Position numbers and translations under genes: made by a program | IMG/VR virus record: IMGVR_UViG_3300042554_003148 | Strand: one strand, 5' to 3' | DNA from: an uncultured virus (IMG/VR IMGVR_UViG_3300042554_003148) | Taxonomy: Duplodnaviria > Heunggongvirae > Uroviricota > Caudoviricetes | DNA length: 64,000 nt | The notes under the pieces: model-generated | Seen by the model: the letters and a program-made list of their open reading frames with translations, nothing else | Databases searched by the model: none | Told to the model about the DNA's origin: nothing | Shown here: piece by piece, positions 47,064 through 57,433 of the stretch | Numbering within the stretch: the first letter of the stretch is position 1 | How the letters are laid out: each line of letters begins with the position of its first letter

Positions 47064-48695
47064 TTATGGAGAGCCACCATCAATTATAGCATAGTATATA
47101 TAAGTTGGATTAAGAGCACTAACACCACTAATTCTTGTTAAACCATCAATAACAGTACTAGTTTGTCCAAGATTTATTGTTGTACTACCTAAAGTTATAC
47201 CACTACTAGCTAATTTAGTCACAGCAATAGCCGCACTAGCATTAATATCTTCATTTACTATTGTACCATTAACAATTTTAGCACTAGTAACAGTATTATC
47301 AGATAGTGTTGTACTAATACTTAGTGTTCCATTACCAAGATCTGTTAATGTTACACTACTACTTCCGGTAACATCTCCAGTTAATGTTCCAGTAATAATT
47401 GGGTCGGGTAATCCTGTTAAGCTAGCAAAATTTCGATAATAACTACCATGCTGTCCATCTAATAAATCAGCATTTAGATTAGTAATCAAGCCCGTAGACG
47501 CTACTTGTAAACTATTACTAATAAAATCGCCAGACGTATAAACATTGCCGCCAGTAAATTCCCATCTTGTATCGTTAATATCCCATACTATGCTACGAGC
47601 AATAGTGTTATCATGATCATAAACTTGCAAACCGCCTTGAGTTTCAGCACCAGATACATTAACTTGAATTATATTATCTCCAATATCAACAGTGGTACTA
47701 TTTACTGTTGTGGTTGTACCTTGAACAGTAAGATCTCCACCAACAATAACATTACCAGTTGTAGTTATACTACCAATTCCATTAATATTTTTATTACCAT
47801 CTAATACAACAGCTCGATTAGAGCTAGCGGTACCAGCAACAACACCAGAAAGATATGCTAATTCACCAGTAGTAACAATGCTACTAGCATCGGTTATATT
47901 GCTCCATACATGAGTATGATTTAATAATGAATATCCACTAGTATGAATTGTTAAAGTATCTGTTCCACTATCATAATTTAGTACAACTCCAGTACCAGCA
48001 GCAAGAGTCGTATCTACTTGATCGCTTACTGCACTAGCAAAATCTGTAACTAAAGACGCTGGAATACCAGTAACACCTAGTGTTAGTGTATTACCAGCAT
48101 CATTATAAGTCCAGGCTACTCCACTACCATTTCTTAAAAATCCGCTTGATCCAGCATTAGTTCCAACAGCATCTTGAGTGGCTTCACCAAAATCTGTTAT
48201 ATCAGAGCTAGAGTGGGTATGGTTGAGTAATGAATATCCACTAACATTAATGCTAACAAAATTACTAGCATCGTCATAATTTATAACTACCCCGGTGCCA
48301 TTTCTTAAAAATCCTGTAGTTAAATGGTCACCACTAGCAACAATATCTTGAACTTGTTCTTCACTAACAGAACCAGCGGTAACTCTAGCATCAACAGCAG
48401 CATTAAAATCATTAATTTGTGAAGATAATATTCCGGTAACACTAACTGTTACGGGTGTTCCTGTTGTGGCAGAAAAGTTAATACCGATACCGCTAGTTCC
48501 TACAAGATCACTACTATTAGGTAATATGCTAGCATAAGGTAGACTATTCCATGCTGTTAATCCATCTCCTATTTTATACTTTCTAAGTGATGTGTCTAAG
48601 CCCCATTCGCCAGCACTTAGTGTTGGATTAGCGCTGATCCATTCGCTTGTTGTTCCTCTACGAACTTGAAGTAATGTTTGAACTGCCATAGTCAT
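47064..48695 (-). CDS. Fibre protein with Mtd-N-like N-terminus
   Basis: QVRRGTTSEWISANPTLSAGEWGLD....KIGDG; NLNADLLDGQHG; C-terminal IDGGSP. Confidence 0.8.
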   Translation of the reverse strand: MTMAVQTLLQVRRGTTSEWISANPTLSAGEWGLDTSLRKYKIGDGLTAWNSLPYASILPNSSDLVGTSGIGINFSATTGTPVTVSVTGILSSQINDFNAAVDARVTAGSVSEEQVQDIVASGDHLTTGFLRNGTGVVINYDDASNFVSINVSGYSLLNHTHSSSDITDFGEATQDAVGTNAGSSGFLRNGSGVAWTYNDAGNTLTLGVTGIPASLVTDFASAVSDQVDTTLAAGTGVVLNYDSGTDTLTIHTSGYSLLNHTHVWSNITDASSIVTTGELAYLSGVVAGTASSNRAVVLDGNKNINGIGSITTTGNVIVGGDLTVQGTTTTVNSTTVDIGDNIIQVNVSGAETQGGLQVYDHDNTIARSIVWDINDTRWEFTGGNVYTSGDFISNSLQVASTGLITNLNADLLDGQHGSYYRNFASLTGLPDPIITGTLTGDVTGSSSVTLTDLGNGTLSISTTLSDNTVTSAKIVNGTIVNEDINASAAIAVTKLASSGITLGSTTINLGQTSTVIDGLTRISGVSALNPTYIYYAIIDGGSP

Positions 48696-48713
48696 TAACC
48701 CTTTATGTTATAA

Positions 48714-48941
48714 TTATGGTGAGCCGCAATCTATTTCATAGCTATCTATAAAATTTGCTAAATAATTATCTAATCCAATAACATCACTAGCATAAACTAT
48801 TGTTGCTGAATATCCAGAAACTATTTCAACGCTTCTGTCGCTACTAGTTTCAATTTCTAAATTATTTAATATGTTCCCAACAGTGGTTTCAATTTCCACT
48901 ATATTTTTAGTGTCAAAAATTTCTATAGTAAAATCGCTCAA
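48714..48941 (-). CDS. Small virion-associated protein
   Basis: 75 aa ending IDCGSP, similar to the neighbour's IDGGSP. Confidence 0.6.
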   Translation of the reverse strand: MSDFTIEIFDTKNIVEIETTVGNILNNLEIETSSDRSVEIVSGYSATIVYASDVIGLDNYLANFIDSYEIDCGSP

Positions 48942-49342
48942 GTGTCACACTCCAATAACGAAGATGATTGACTAAATCGTTTAACAATATTAATTGTGCC
49001 ATATATTAATCGTATAATGTATTTACCGCCGCCAATGTATAAGTTATCATCACTTTGTAATTCCAAATCATATTTTGCAGCATTAAACGTAAAACTATTG
49101 GTGGTGCTAGCCGGTATCATAAGAGTTATTTTACCAATTAACGGCTCTATACTAAATTTATATACACTATAATCTATATTCTCTGTGCTAAAAGTTTGAG
49201 TAAGATTAGTGTTAGTTTTCCATGTTAATCTAGCACACCAATTTGTAAGATCAATAGGGTTCCCATTATCGTCTTTATAAACCAAACTTAATTTAAAAGA
49301 GGAGCCTTGTTCTATACTAAAATCGTATTTGGATGCTGCCAT
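48938..49342 (-). CDS. BppU-like (baseplate-upper-type) small virion protein
   Basis: IEQGSSF.L.L.YKD.NGNPIDLT...AKYDLEL...RLIYG. Confidence 0.65.
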   Translation of the reverse strand: MAASKYDFSIEQGSSFKLSLVYKDDNGNPIDLTNWCARLTWKTNTNLTQTFSTENIDYSVYKFSIEPLIGKITLMIPASTTNSFTFNAAKYDLELQSDDNLYIGGGKYIIRLIYGTINIVKRFSQSSSLLECDT

Positions 49343-49364
49343 AACATATCACCTCTGTTTATTA

Positions 49365-49376
49365 TAGTTATACACC
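49365..49376 (-). promoter_or_regulatory. Putative late promoter box GGTGTATAACTA
   Basis: Lies just downstream of the capsid terminator and upstream of 49342. Confidence 0.6.
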
Positions 49377-49388
49377 TTAATCATGATA

Positions 49389-49420
49389 AGAAAAAAGCCG
49401 CCCAAAATTGAGCGGCTCTT
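49389..49420 (-). terminator. Rho-independent terminator after the major capsid gene
   Basis: Minus strand reads AGCCGCTCAATTTTGGGCGGCT followed by a T run. Confidence 0.8.
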
Positions 49421-49449
49421 CTCTGTGATAAAACTATTAAGATAATATA

Positions 49450-50460
49450 TTATAGAGAACCAAGAAGTACTCTACGATTATCTAGAACAGCAAAGCCTAG
49501 TTCGGCCCAGCCGTAGAAACCAGCTCGTTTCTGACGATGAAGTGTTTCATCTTCAAAAATTTGAACTTCTTGACGAATTGGCATAACAAAACTATCGTTC
49601 TTGCGAAGATCAAGACCAACAACAATTTCTGTATCGCTTCCTGGCATTGTGCCACCAAGAGTTGATGTATAGAATAGTTGATATTGTTGACCAACACCAA
49701 GTTCGTCACGATCATGAAGATTAACGCCGAAAACTCTGTTAAGAGCGCCGTCAGCAGCGGTATAGATTTCGCGACGAGTAATTTCGTCAACTTGATCAAC
49801 ACCCCAGTTACGGATGTCTTCCATAGCTTCTGGAGAAACGTAAAGGTCTGTTAACATACCTCTGTTATTAGAAGCAGAGTTACCTCCGCCATTACGTCTC
49901 ATAACAGTTTTCATTAAACTAACAAGACGCTTGGTAAACTGGCTAGCATTAGCATCGCTGTCATAAACAACAATGTTACGATCAACACCAGCGGCCAATA
50001 GTGTGTGCCAGCCATCATCATTCATCTTCTTAACGAACGAGGCTTCTAGCACTTCCATAGCACGACCAACAACGTCCCAACGAGCATCACGAGCATACTT
50101 TAAGAGATAATCGATGCTGGCACCAACATCATATGTTGGAACCATAACATAATCACCCTCAACATGACGCTCTGGAATATAACCGTGGTTAGGAATTGTG
50201 TAGGCCACAAAGTCCTTCTCGGTACCAGGAGCTAAGAAATCAAGAGGAAACTCTGGTGTGGCACTTTGATCAAGACGAATTGGTTCAAAGATACCATCAA
50301 GAACATCACCATTAAGAACGCCCTGACGAAGAGGTAGTTCTAGGGCTTTTGCAAATTCGGCATTAGCTGCTAAAGCAACCTCTCTTTGAGCTGAACCAGA
50401 ACGCTTTAGTAGATCACTAAGTTCTGGAGTTGGTTGAAATTTTTCAGTTTTAGCTGACAT
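49450..50460 (-). CDS. Major capsid protein (HK97-like fold)
   Basis: 336 aa after the protease and decoration genes; GGAG RBS, biased codons, downstream terminator, C-terminal GFYGWAELGFAVLD. Confidence 0.85.
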   Translation of the reverse strand: MSAKTEKFQPTPELSDLLKRSGSAQREVALAANAEFAKALELPLRQGVLNGDVLDGIFEPIRLDQSATPEFPLDFLAPGTEKDFVAYTIPNHGYIPERHVEGDYVMVPTYDVGASIDYLLKYARDARWDVVGRAMEVLEASFVKKMNDDGWHTLLAAGVDRNIVVYDSDANASQFTKRLVSLMKTVMRRNGGGNSASNNRGMLTDLYVSPEAMEDIRNWGVDQVDEITRREIYTAADGALNRVFGVNLHDRDELGVGQQYQLFYTSTLGGTMPGSDTEIVVGLDLRKNDSFVMPIRQEVQIFEDETLHRQKRAGFYGWAELGFAVLDNRRVLLGSL

Positions 50461-50483
50461 ATTTATTTCTCCGTGTATGAAAA

Positions 50484-50942
50484 TTATAGGTTTACTGATA
50501 CTTTAGCATAGCCGTCAGTGTCTTTGCCGCTTAAGAACTGACCAACTTTAACAGCATTAGAACTACTTGTGCCAATCAAGCCACTAGCACCAACATAAGC
50601 ATCTGTTCCAGCGGATGGAGTGATGCTGGCAACTAACATATTTGTTGTAACTTGGCCGTTACGTAATAGTGTTACTTTGCCACCGACCTGAACCTCATCT
50701 TTGTGCCAATTAATGTGTTGGCGAGTAAGATCAAGATTCACAACATCATTAAGTAGAACGCCTACTGGCTTCGCACCAGATGCTACAGCGGCGTAAGCAA
50801 CAACAGCATTGGCATCGTCCATAGACACGCCAACACCAGTTGTTGAAGTTACAGCGCTAACAACACCACCGCGCTCTGCTATAGTAGTCATGAAAAAAGA
50901 GATATCTGTTAATAGTTCGATACGATCAGGTTTTAGAGCCAT
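50484..50942 (-). CDS. Head decoration/cement protein
   Basis: 152 aa between scaffold and capsid; P.GVLLND...GGKVTL...AYVGASG pattern. Confidence 0.7.
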   Translation of the reverse strand: MALKPDRIELLTDISFFMTTIAERGGVVSAVTSTTGVGVSMDDANAVVAYAAVASGAKPVGVLLNDVVNLDLTRQHINWHKDEVQVGGKVTLLRNGQVTTNMLVASITPSAGTDAYVGASGLIGTSSSNAVKVGQFLSGKDTDGYAKVSVNL

Positions 50943-50967
50943 TGTATGTTCTCCGTATAAAGATTAC

Positions 50968-51729
50968 TTAGTTTTTTTTGCCTAATTTACTGTAAACAAA
51001 CTCAACAAGAGCTGCACGAGTGGTATTTTCTTCTTCTTCAGAAGAATCAGAGCCAACTGTTAATTCAATATTTGTTTCTGTTTCAACATTTTCTAGATCA
51101 GAAGCACTTACTTTGGGTTCAACAATCTCTTCTGCTTCTGCAACTTCTTCTGCTTTCATTTTCATTTTCATAGCATCTTCTTTTTTCATTTTCATAGCAG
51201 CAAAAAGAGTTGCCATAGCGTCAAATGCTTCGTCTTCGATATTCTCATATTTTTCAACAAAAGCCAAAGCAGCATCTTCTTCGACGCCATTATCTACAAG
51301 GGCAGCTTTTCTTTTGGTCATTTTTTCTTTCTTGACCATTTCTGCTTCTTTTGTTTTATAAGCAGCGACTGTTTCGTTGGCGCTATCAAGTTCTGCTTTC
51401 ATTTTCTTCATTTCTTCTTCTTTTTTCTTCATCTCTTCATTTTTCATTGCAATAGCTTCTGAAAGTTCTGAGATTTGTGCTTCTAATGAAGTTTTGAGTG
51501 CTAAAAGCTCTTCTGAAGCAGAAGCTTTGACTTCTTCGATTTCTTTTTTCATAGCAGTTTCTCTTTCTGTGAATTCGTTAGTTTGGGTTTGTAATTGAGA
51601 TTCTAGTGCAATATTTTTTTCGGTTAATGAATTAACAGATGCGTTAGCTTCAGCTACAGCCTCTTGACAAGAAGTTTCCATAGCCACCAATTTGTTTTTG
51701 ATTTCAGTTACATCTTGTTCTACACTCAT
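50968..51729 (-). CDS. Putative nested in-frame scaffold protein (253 aa)
   Basis: In-frame ATG 51729 (MSVEQDV) with GGAG at 51739-51742 and a GGTGTAATAAGT box at 51763-51774. Confidence 0.6.
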   Translation of the reverse strand: MSVEQDVTEIKNKLVAMETSCQEAVAEANASVNSLTEKNIALESQLQTQTNEFTERETAMKKEIEEVKASASEELLALKTSLEAQISELSEAIAMKNEEMKKKEEEMKKMKAELDSANETVAAYKTKEAEMVKKEKMTKRKAALVDNGVEEDAALAFVEKYENIEDEAFDAMATLFAAMKMKKEDAMKMKMKAEEVAEAEEIVEPKVSASDLENVETETNIELTVGSDSSEEEENTTRAALVEFVYSKLGKKN

Positions 51730-52560
51730 TGTATTATTCTCCATTTGATTATTCAATCGAATACTTATTACACCTAAATTTTCATTTTCGTTATTTTTTT
51801 CTTGAGGATTATCAATTTTTTTATTTTCTTCAAAAAGATTCTTATTAAAAACTATACTATCTTCATTTGCAGGTTTGTCAACAAATCCTTTACCAGTAAA
51901 GGTAATATTTCTTAAAACTCTACCAATTTTATAATCATTATTTTCTCCTTTACCGCCGTATGCTCTAAGATATTTTGTTAAATAAGCTGTTTCATCACTT
52001 CTACTCAGCACTTTATATTCATTGGTTTGTTTATTAATTACTCCATAATCAAAACCTTTAAAAAAGCATTCCATACTAACAAACTTAGTACCATTTTGAA
52101 TTTCACTAATTAATTTTTCTGATCTTTCTCTAAGTTCGGAAGTGCTAAATCCTTTATATATAACAGAACCTGTGAGAATATGGAATTTGTTTGGTAGATT
52201 TTCTACGGGAGTTTCTGGATCTATTAATAGCCCATCCTCGGTAATAGGCCAATTTGATATTATATGACCAACAATTAAACTTTCGTTATGTTCTAGATTT
52301 GTGGGTTTATGTTCTGGAGTGTGTTTAGCATTCCATACCTCGTACTTATCAAATACATCATCATTTTTATTCCATGATGAGGTTACTAGAATAGATTGAA
52401 CATAAAATAGATCACTATCGTCATAAGATGCTAAACTTTTAAATGATTTAGATGATAATCTGAGAGAGCATGGCTCTGCAACACTAGCATAAGCAATAGA
52501 AGACGAGGCTAATATTTTTGATGTTAAGCCATCTTCTTGTTCGTGTGGATATATTATCAT
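50968..52560 (-). CDS. Prohead protease with C-terminal scaffold
   Basis: NKNDD.F...KPTNLEH...IVGHI...FVSMEC...F.G.GFVDKPAN, then a coiled-coil E/K/A-rich half. Confidence 0.8.
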   Translation of the reverse strand: MIIYPHEQEDGLTSKILASSSIAYASVAEPCSLRLSSKSFKSLASYDDSDLFYVQSILVTSSWNKNDDVFDKYEVWNAKHTPEHKPTNLEHNESLIVGHIISNWPITEDGLLIDPETPVENLPNKFHILTGSVIYKGFSTSELRERSEKLISEIQNGTKFVSMECFFKGFDYGVINKQTNEYKVLSRSDETAYLTKYLRAYGGKGENNDYKIGRVLRNITFTGKGFVDKPANEDSIVFNKNLFEENKKIDNPQEKNNENENLGVISIRLNNQMENNTMSVEQDVTEIKNKLVAMETSCQEAVAEANASVNSLTEKNIALESQLQTQTNEFTERETAMKKEIEEVKASASEELLALKTSLEAQISELSEAIAMKNEEMKKKEEEMKKMKAELDSANETVAAYKTKEAEMVKKEKMTKRKAALVDNGVEEDAALAFVEKYENIEDEAFDAMATLFAAMKMKKEDAMKMKMKAEEVAEAEEIVEPKVSASDLENVETETNIELTVGSDSSEEEENTTRAALVEFVYSKLGKKN

Positions 52561-52587
52561 TATAAACCTTTCAAAAAGATTTGATTA

Positions 52588-54789
52588 TTATTTTGTACTA
52601 TACACCATTGTATAAAAAGATGATTTAGCTTGTTTAATTTCATCAACTGTTAATTCTCTAGAGAGTTCTAATTTAACCAAATTTAACCAATTATAAAAAG
52701 TTTTAGTATCATTACTAGTTGATGCTGATAAATATTCTGTTATATTTTCTTCATTTAGTTTAGCAAAAGGTTTGGTCTGAAAAAGAATATTTGTTTTAAT
52801 TTTTTCTAATTCTTCATTTTCAGCATTGGATAAACTCCTTAAATTTTTCTTATCAAAATATTCTAAAATTAATGGATTGATTATAGAACTAATTTTGTCT
52901 TGTGCAGAAGATGACCATATTAAGAGTTTGGCGCCAGTTTGGGGCGAAAATGTTCTGTCCTTTCTTTTTTCGGTATCTTTGGATAATTTGGGTCTGCCTT
53001 CGCCTGCTTCTTTCGGCAACGATTCCGAGGACGGATCGTTAGCCACCTTGGGTGCCCCAAAAGGAGATTTTACTTGTTCTGCTTTTTGTTCTAATGCTGT
53101 TTTTTCGCTTGGTTTTTTCTTTGGTAAATCTAATCCTACTTGACTTGGTGTTACAATTCCTAATTGTAAAGATATTTTCTTAAGAGCATTTTCAAATTGA
53201 GGATCGTGCCACGGACCAGCTTTTTGTACCATTCTTTCGGAATCTCTTTCTTTTCTTTCTCTATTAAGTCTTGATTTTTCCATATCTGGATCAAAGCCAA
53301 ATTTGGTCTGTAATAACTCATCACTAATAAGACTTCTATCTGCTAATTGTATTAGTAGTGCCTTCTCTGCGTCTTCATTACTTAGGTCCATTCTATCAAA
53401 TTCTATTTTAGCTGGATATCTAAAACCCATAGCTTTTTGCACAATTTCTATTTCACCTTCCCAAAATTTAACCAACATATCTCTACCATATTGTAGTCTT
53501 TGTGTTAAGGTTTTTAGACTAATAAAATTATTAGTAGTTCCTGCTGCTCCGAATGTGCCAGTAAGTGTTGGAGGAATTCCCAAACCAGCATAGATAGCAT
53601 TTAAATGAGGAGTATATTTACCTTCTCCAAGAAAATTATGAACATTAGTATTACTTTCTAACAATTCAATATCTGGGCCCCATACCAAATCCATTGTACC
53701 GCCACCAACATTGTTTCCTAAAATTTGTGCTAGTTTGGCTGTTGCTGCTTTTGTTGGAGCAATTTTATGTTCTAAATTACCTAATTTGAAAATTCTAATA
53801 TTACTTATAGCTCCATCTAGAGCCGCCATGTCTGCTAATTTTAGTTTTTCGATAACAGTAATATCGTCCATAATAGCATATATCATAGGATATGCCCATG
53901 CTTGCCAATCATCTTTTTTATAATGAAAAACTAGTGTCTTTTCCGGATCTAATGGATATGGTCTTTTAGTTTTAGCTGCTAATACTATTGCTTCTGGAAG
54001 AAGAGATACTATCTGTTTTTCTGCTTCTGTTTTTGGACTATTAATATTTTTTCTAAAAGTAGCCGGTAAAATTAATTCATATCTTTTTTCACTAACAAAT
54101 GATGATAAGGATCCGGCTGCGCTTTCAACATAAACTGGATCTATAAAAGTATATCTCCAAGGAATTTCTTTTTTTTCTATCTTAAATTGATCCATCTGTT
54201 TAACATTGAGATCAGGAGATCCAATAGTTTTGTATAGATTATCAGTAACTTTTAATGATATTTTGGCTGTTTGTTTATGAATAACAATATTGCCTGTTTT
54301 ATATAGATTATTTAAAAATCTTTCGCTACGATCTTTACCATTAATTTTTTTGAACCACTGTCTATAAAATCTTTCTATTCTTTTATTTTTATGAACTAAT
54401 TTAATACCATGTACAGCAAAATCACCCATAAGATCGATAACATTTTTTACCAAACCAACACGATGATAAATATCTTCTGCTCTTCGGATAACTAGTTTAA
54501 TCTTTTTAGGAACAGCTTCGTCTGGTCTAAAAGCATAGTAGTCATTACGAGTTAATCCAGGACGACCACCAGTATCACCGTCTAGATTAGAAAAATCTAT
54601 ACTATACCTTCTACCGCCGCCAAAAGCTGCTGTAGAATTTTGAATTCCTGTAAATTCATCTAGAGATTCGGATGATCTTTTAAGAGCATCTTGTTTACTA
54701 GATAAATCCTCTCCCCATGTGACATAAGCATCCTCTCCTATAGATGATGCGTTTTTAATAACGTCTTCTTTGTTTGGTTTTCTGGGCAT
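52588..54789 (-). CDS. Portal protein
   Basis: 733 aa between terminase and protease; GLVKNVIDLMGDF, HYKKDDWQAWAYP, IYAGLGIP. Confidence 0.85.
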   Translation of the reverse strand: MPRKPNKEDVIKNASSIGEDAYVTWGEDLSSKQDALKRSSESLDEFTGIQNSTAAFGGGRRYSIDFSNLDGDTGGRPGLTRNDYYAFRPDEAVPKKIKLVIRRAEDIYHRVGLVKNVIDLMGDFAVHGIKLVHKNKRIERFYRQWFKKINGKDRSERFLNNLYKTGNIVIHKQTAKISLKVTDNLYKTIGSPDLNVKQMDQFKIEKKEIPWRYTFIDPVYVESAAGSLSSFVSEKRYELILPATFRKNINSPKTEAEKQIVSLLPEAIVLAAKTKRPYPLDPEKTLVFHYKKDDWQAWAYPMIYAIMDDITVIEKLKLADMAALDGAISNIRIFKLGNLEHKIAPTKAATAKLAQILGNNVGGGTMDLVWGPDIELLESNTNVHNFLGEGKYTPHLNAIYAGLGIPPTLTGTFGAAGTTNNFISLKTLTQRLQYGRDMLVKFWEGEIEIVQKAMGFRYPAKIEFDRMDLSNEDAEKALLIQLADRSLISDELLQTKFGFDPDMEKSRLNRERKERDSERMVQKAGPWHDPQFENALKKISLQLGIVTPSQVGLDLPKKKPSEKTALEQKAEQVKSPFGAPKVANDPSSESLPKEAGEGRPKLSKDTEKRKDRTFSPQTGAKLLIWSSSAQDKISSIINPLILEYFDKKNLRSLSNAENEELEKIKTNILFQTKPFAKLNEENITEYLSASTSNDTKTFYNWLNLVKLELSRELTVDEIKQAKSSFYTMVYSTK
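52595..52606 (-). promoter_or_regulatory. Putative late promoter box GGTGTATAGTAC (in the last codons of portal)
   Basis: Upstream of the protease start at 52560. Confidence 0.5.
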
Positions 54790-54830
54790 ATATTTATTTC
54801 TAATGTAATAGTAATGCTATTTGATTACTT

Positions 54831-54842
54831 TAATAATACACT
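54831..54842 (-). promoter_or_regulatory. Putative late promoter box AGTGTATTATTA
   Basis: Intergenic, upstream of portal; 11/12 identical to the 10021 box. Confidence 0.6.
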
Positions 54843-54843
54843 T

Positions 54844-56871
54844 TTATCTGTAAATTCCTTGATAAATATCGTCATCATTAACATTCGATGTGAACCATTC
54901 GGGACCTTTATATAGTTTATTACTTTGTTGATTAACTAAATCTCTACTATCTCCACCAACAATATCATAATTTGGAGACTGTAAGGTTCTATTTAATTGT
55001 CTAGCTATCATATTAGCTATCAATAATGAACTATATCGGTCTTTTCGTAATCTTCCTTTTTTACCATTTGGTAATTTTACTTCCGGAGTATCCCATCTGT
55101 CTCTTGCTTGTGGACCAGTGCTAGTTTGGGTCATAACTATAGTTGTTAATTCGTTTTTAAGTTCTTCTATTTCTAGTATGCATTCACTAACGCTATCATA
55201 TAATGGATTTAAATCGTCGTCTAAGATATTTTTTCCTTCTTTTTCCATAGCAAGACCAAGTGTAAGATTATCAAAACGTGGAAATAGTAATATTTTATCT
55301 TCTAGATCTTTTCTTAATCCATGATTAGCTTGACTTGTCCAATCTGCCTTTGCAAATTGTACTAGTTCCAGAATGTGTAAACCTTGTTGAGAATCAGTAT
55401 CTTTTGCTTTGTCATAATCAATAATTGGCCATATTAGTTGTTCATTATCTTGAAGCTTGCCAGGATCGTGCAAAGCTTCTTCTATTGCAACGCCACCCCC
55501 TTGAGCATCCATTCCTATTCTAATAGGAGGAAAGGTTTTCATAAGATCTCTAATTTTTCTAGAACAAAAACTATAAAAGTCATATTCTTGTGCTAGTCCA
55601 ACCTTTTGTCTTTCTTTAAAATTATTTCTATTTGTTGCCCAACAATATACTATTCTAGAATGATCCGGATGAACTTCTAATATTACTATACTAAAATTAT
55701 CTTGTTCACTAGCAGGATCGATACCGTAAACATAATGTAAATTAGGATTACCTTGAGTTATAGCATCAAAAACTACTGGTTTGTTACCAATTGTTATTGC
55801 CGGATAATCTTTTGTAACACAACTTTCTATTAAACTTCTTCTAAAAAATCCCTGACTATCATTAACGAAACATGCAGCATATTCCATATTATATATACCA
55901 ACATGAATAGTAGCTTTTGCTCTACTTACTTGTTTATCATCCATAAATCCTTTAGGTATTAATTCATAGGGTATACGAATAATACTATAATCTTTCCAAT
56001 TAAAATTTGGTGGAATTTCTCCATTAAAGATTTCTCGTAGTTTTCTTTCTTCGCCTTTACTTTCTATAATACTTTTATATCTTTTCCAGTACTGAGCAAA
56101 ATGCTTGAAACCGTAGTCTGCTGTTCCACTTATCACTGCTTGATTATTAATTCTTCTAGAAATAGTATCTAATTCTTCGCTCCATACTCCTGCTAATTTC
56201 ATAGCTGCTTTTTTAGCTTCTTCTTTAACGTTCTGAATTGGACTGGCACTAACAGCAGCGAAACCAGAAACTACCGTCTCATAAATATCTGGAGATATAC
56301 TACTAAACTCATCTGCTAAAATAATATGAGCGCGTAAACCTCTAATCTTATCTCCATTACCTAAAGGAATAGCTATGGCCCAACTATCTCCCAGTCTTAT
56401 AGTACATCTATCAACATCTCGTCGTGGACCATCTTCGTTGCCATTGAATATGCTTCTTAAAATAGGACTATTTTTCCACATATTTTCCATATATTCAAAG
56501 ATAATTTTACTTTGTCTAAAAGCAGCACCAACTATAACCACCTTGGTCCCTGGATAGAAAGCACACTTTAGTACCGCATACAGAGCTAACAGAAAGCTTT
56601 TACTAAAACCACGACTACCAATAAGCATAGGGAAAGGACGATTCCACATTTCTTGTAGAACCATAGTCTGCATAGGATGTAATTCTATGTTAAAAATAAG
56701 TTTACAGGTTGATCCTATATAATATGGATTTCTTAAAATTCTTAATAGATGCAAGTCTGGATTTTCTATATCTTCCTTTGTCCTATGAATCATAGGATTA
56801 TTAGGAATACTAAGAGCACTTATATCTCCTAGTCCAAGCCAAGCATTATCAAAACTTTTAAAATCAACCAT
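54844..56871 (-). CDS. terL: Terminase large subunit
   Basis: Walker A GSRGFSKS, RGLRAHIILADE Walker B, ISGTA coupling motif, YGIDPA and KDRYSS nuclease motifs. Confidence 0.92.
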   Translation of the reverse strand: MVDFKSFDNAWLGLGDISALSIPNNPMIHRTKEDIENPDLHLLRILRNPYYIGSTCKLIFNIELHPMQTMVLQEMWNRPFPMLIGSRGFSKSFLLALYAVLKCAFYPGTKVVIVGAAFRQSKIIFEYMENMWKNSPILRSIFNGNEDGPRRDVDRCTIRLGDSWAIAIPLGNGDKIRGLRAHIILADEFSSISPDIYETVVSGFAAVSASPIQNVKEEAKKAAMKLAGVWSEELDTISRRINNQAVISGTADYGFKHFAQYWKRYKSIIESKGEERKLREIFNGEIPPNFNWKDYSIIRIPYELIPKGFMDDKQVSRAKATIHVGIYNMEYAACFVNDSQGFFRRSLIESCVTKDYPAITIGNKPVVFDAITQGNPNLHYVYGIDPASEQDNFSIVILEVHPDHSRIVYCWATNRNNFKERQKVGLAQEYDFYSFCSRKIRDLMKTFPPIRIGMDAQGGGVAIEEALHDPGKLQDNEQLIWPIIDYDKAKDTDSQQGLHILELVQFAKADWTSQANHGLRKDLEDKILLFPRFDNLTLGLAMEKEGKNILDDDLNPLYDSVSECILEIEELKNELTTIVMTQTSTGPQARDRWDTPEVKLPNGKKGRLRKDRYSSLLIANMIARQLNRTLQSPNYDIVGGDSRDLVNQQSNKLYKGPEWFTSNVNDDDIYQGIYR

Positions 56872-57433
56872 TAGATTGCTTTATTAATCTTCTAGAAGTT
56901 TTTATCGCTCTTTTAACTATCATAGATGCTACAGACTCAATGTATGGTAAGCTTCTTTTTGCGCTTTCTTCTTTTAGCCAACCTAGGATAGTTGGTAAAT
57001 TTTGTTCGCACCAGTCATTACCTTTTTCATTCATTTCTATAGCATGGCGTCTGCAAGAACAATTTGGGGTACTTTTAATTCCCATTGTGCTAATCATATT
57101 TGTTAATATGGTTCCTGGACCATTAGGAAATTCTTCTAAGGTTTTGGGAAATTTGCTTCTAAGCTTGGTTGCGGTATCATCTTTAATGCTATCATATAGT
57201 AGTTGTTCTAGTGTGGATCTATTAACATCCCCAAGCTTCTCATAATCGATACCATTTGCAATAACAAATGAACCAGGAATATTTCTAACAGTTGCAGAAA
57301 CTATCTTGTTGGTTGGATTGTCGTGATAGGTAACATCTAAATAATCCATAACTAATGGTGGTGGATTAACTAATTGATTATTTTGATCAGTATATGGTGG
57401 CGGATAGATGGTGACTGAATTTTCAAGTTTCAT
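56864..57433 (-). CDS. Hypothetical protein with a CSC...MN..G..WC motif
   Basis: 189 aa, overlapping both neighbours. Confidence 0.65.
   Translation of the reverse strand: MKLENSVTIYPPPYTDQNNQLVNPPPLVMDYLDVTYHDNPTNKIVSATVRNIPGSFVIANGIDYEKLGDVNRSTLEQLLYDSIKDDTATKLRSKFPKTLEEFPNGPGTILTNMISTMGIKSTPNCSCRRHAIEMNEKGNDWCEQNLPTILGWLKEESAKRSLPYIESVASMIVKRAIKTSRRLIKQSNG

Noticed and set aside
52588..56871. Inteins or introns in terminase or portal
   Set aside because: No splice-junction or LAGLIDADG motifs were seen and the ORFs are continuous.
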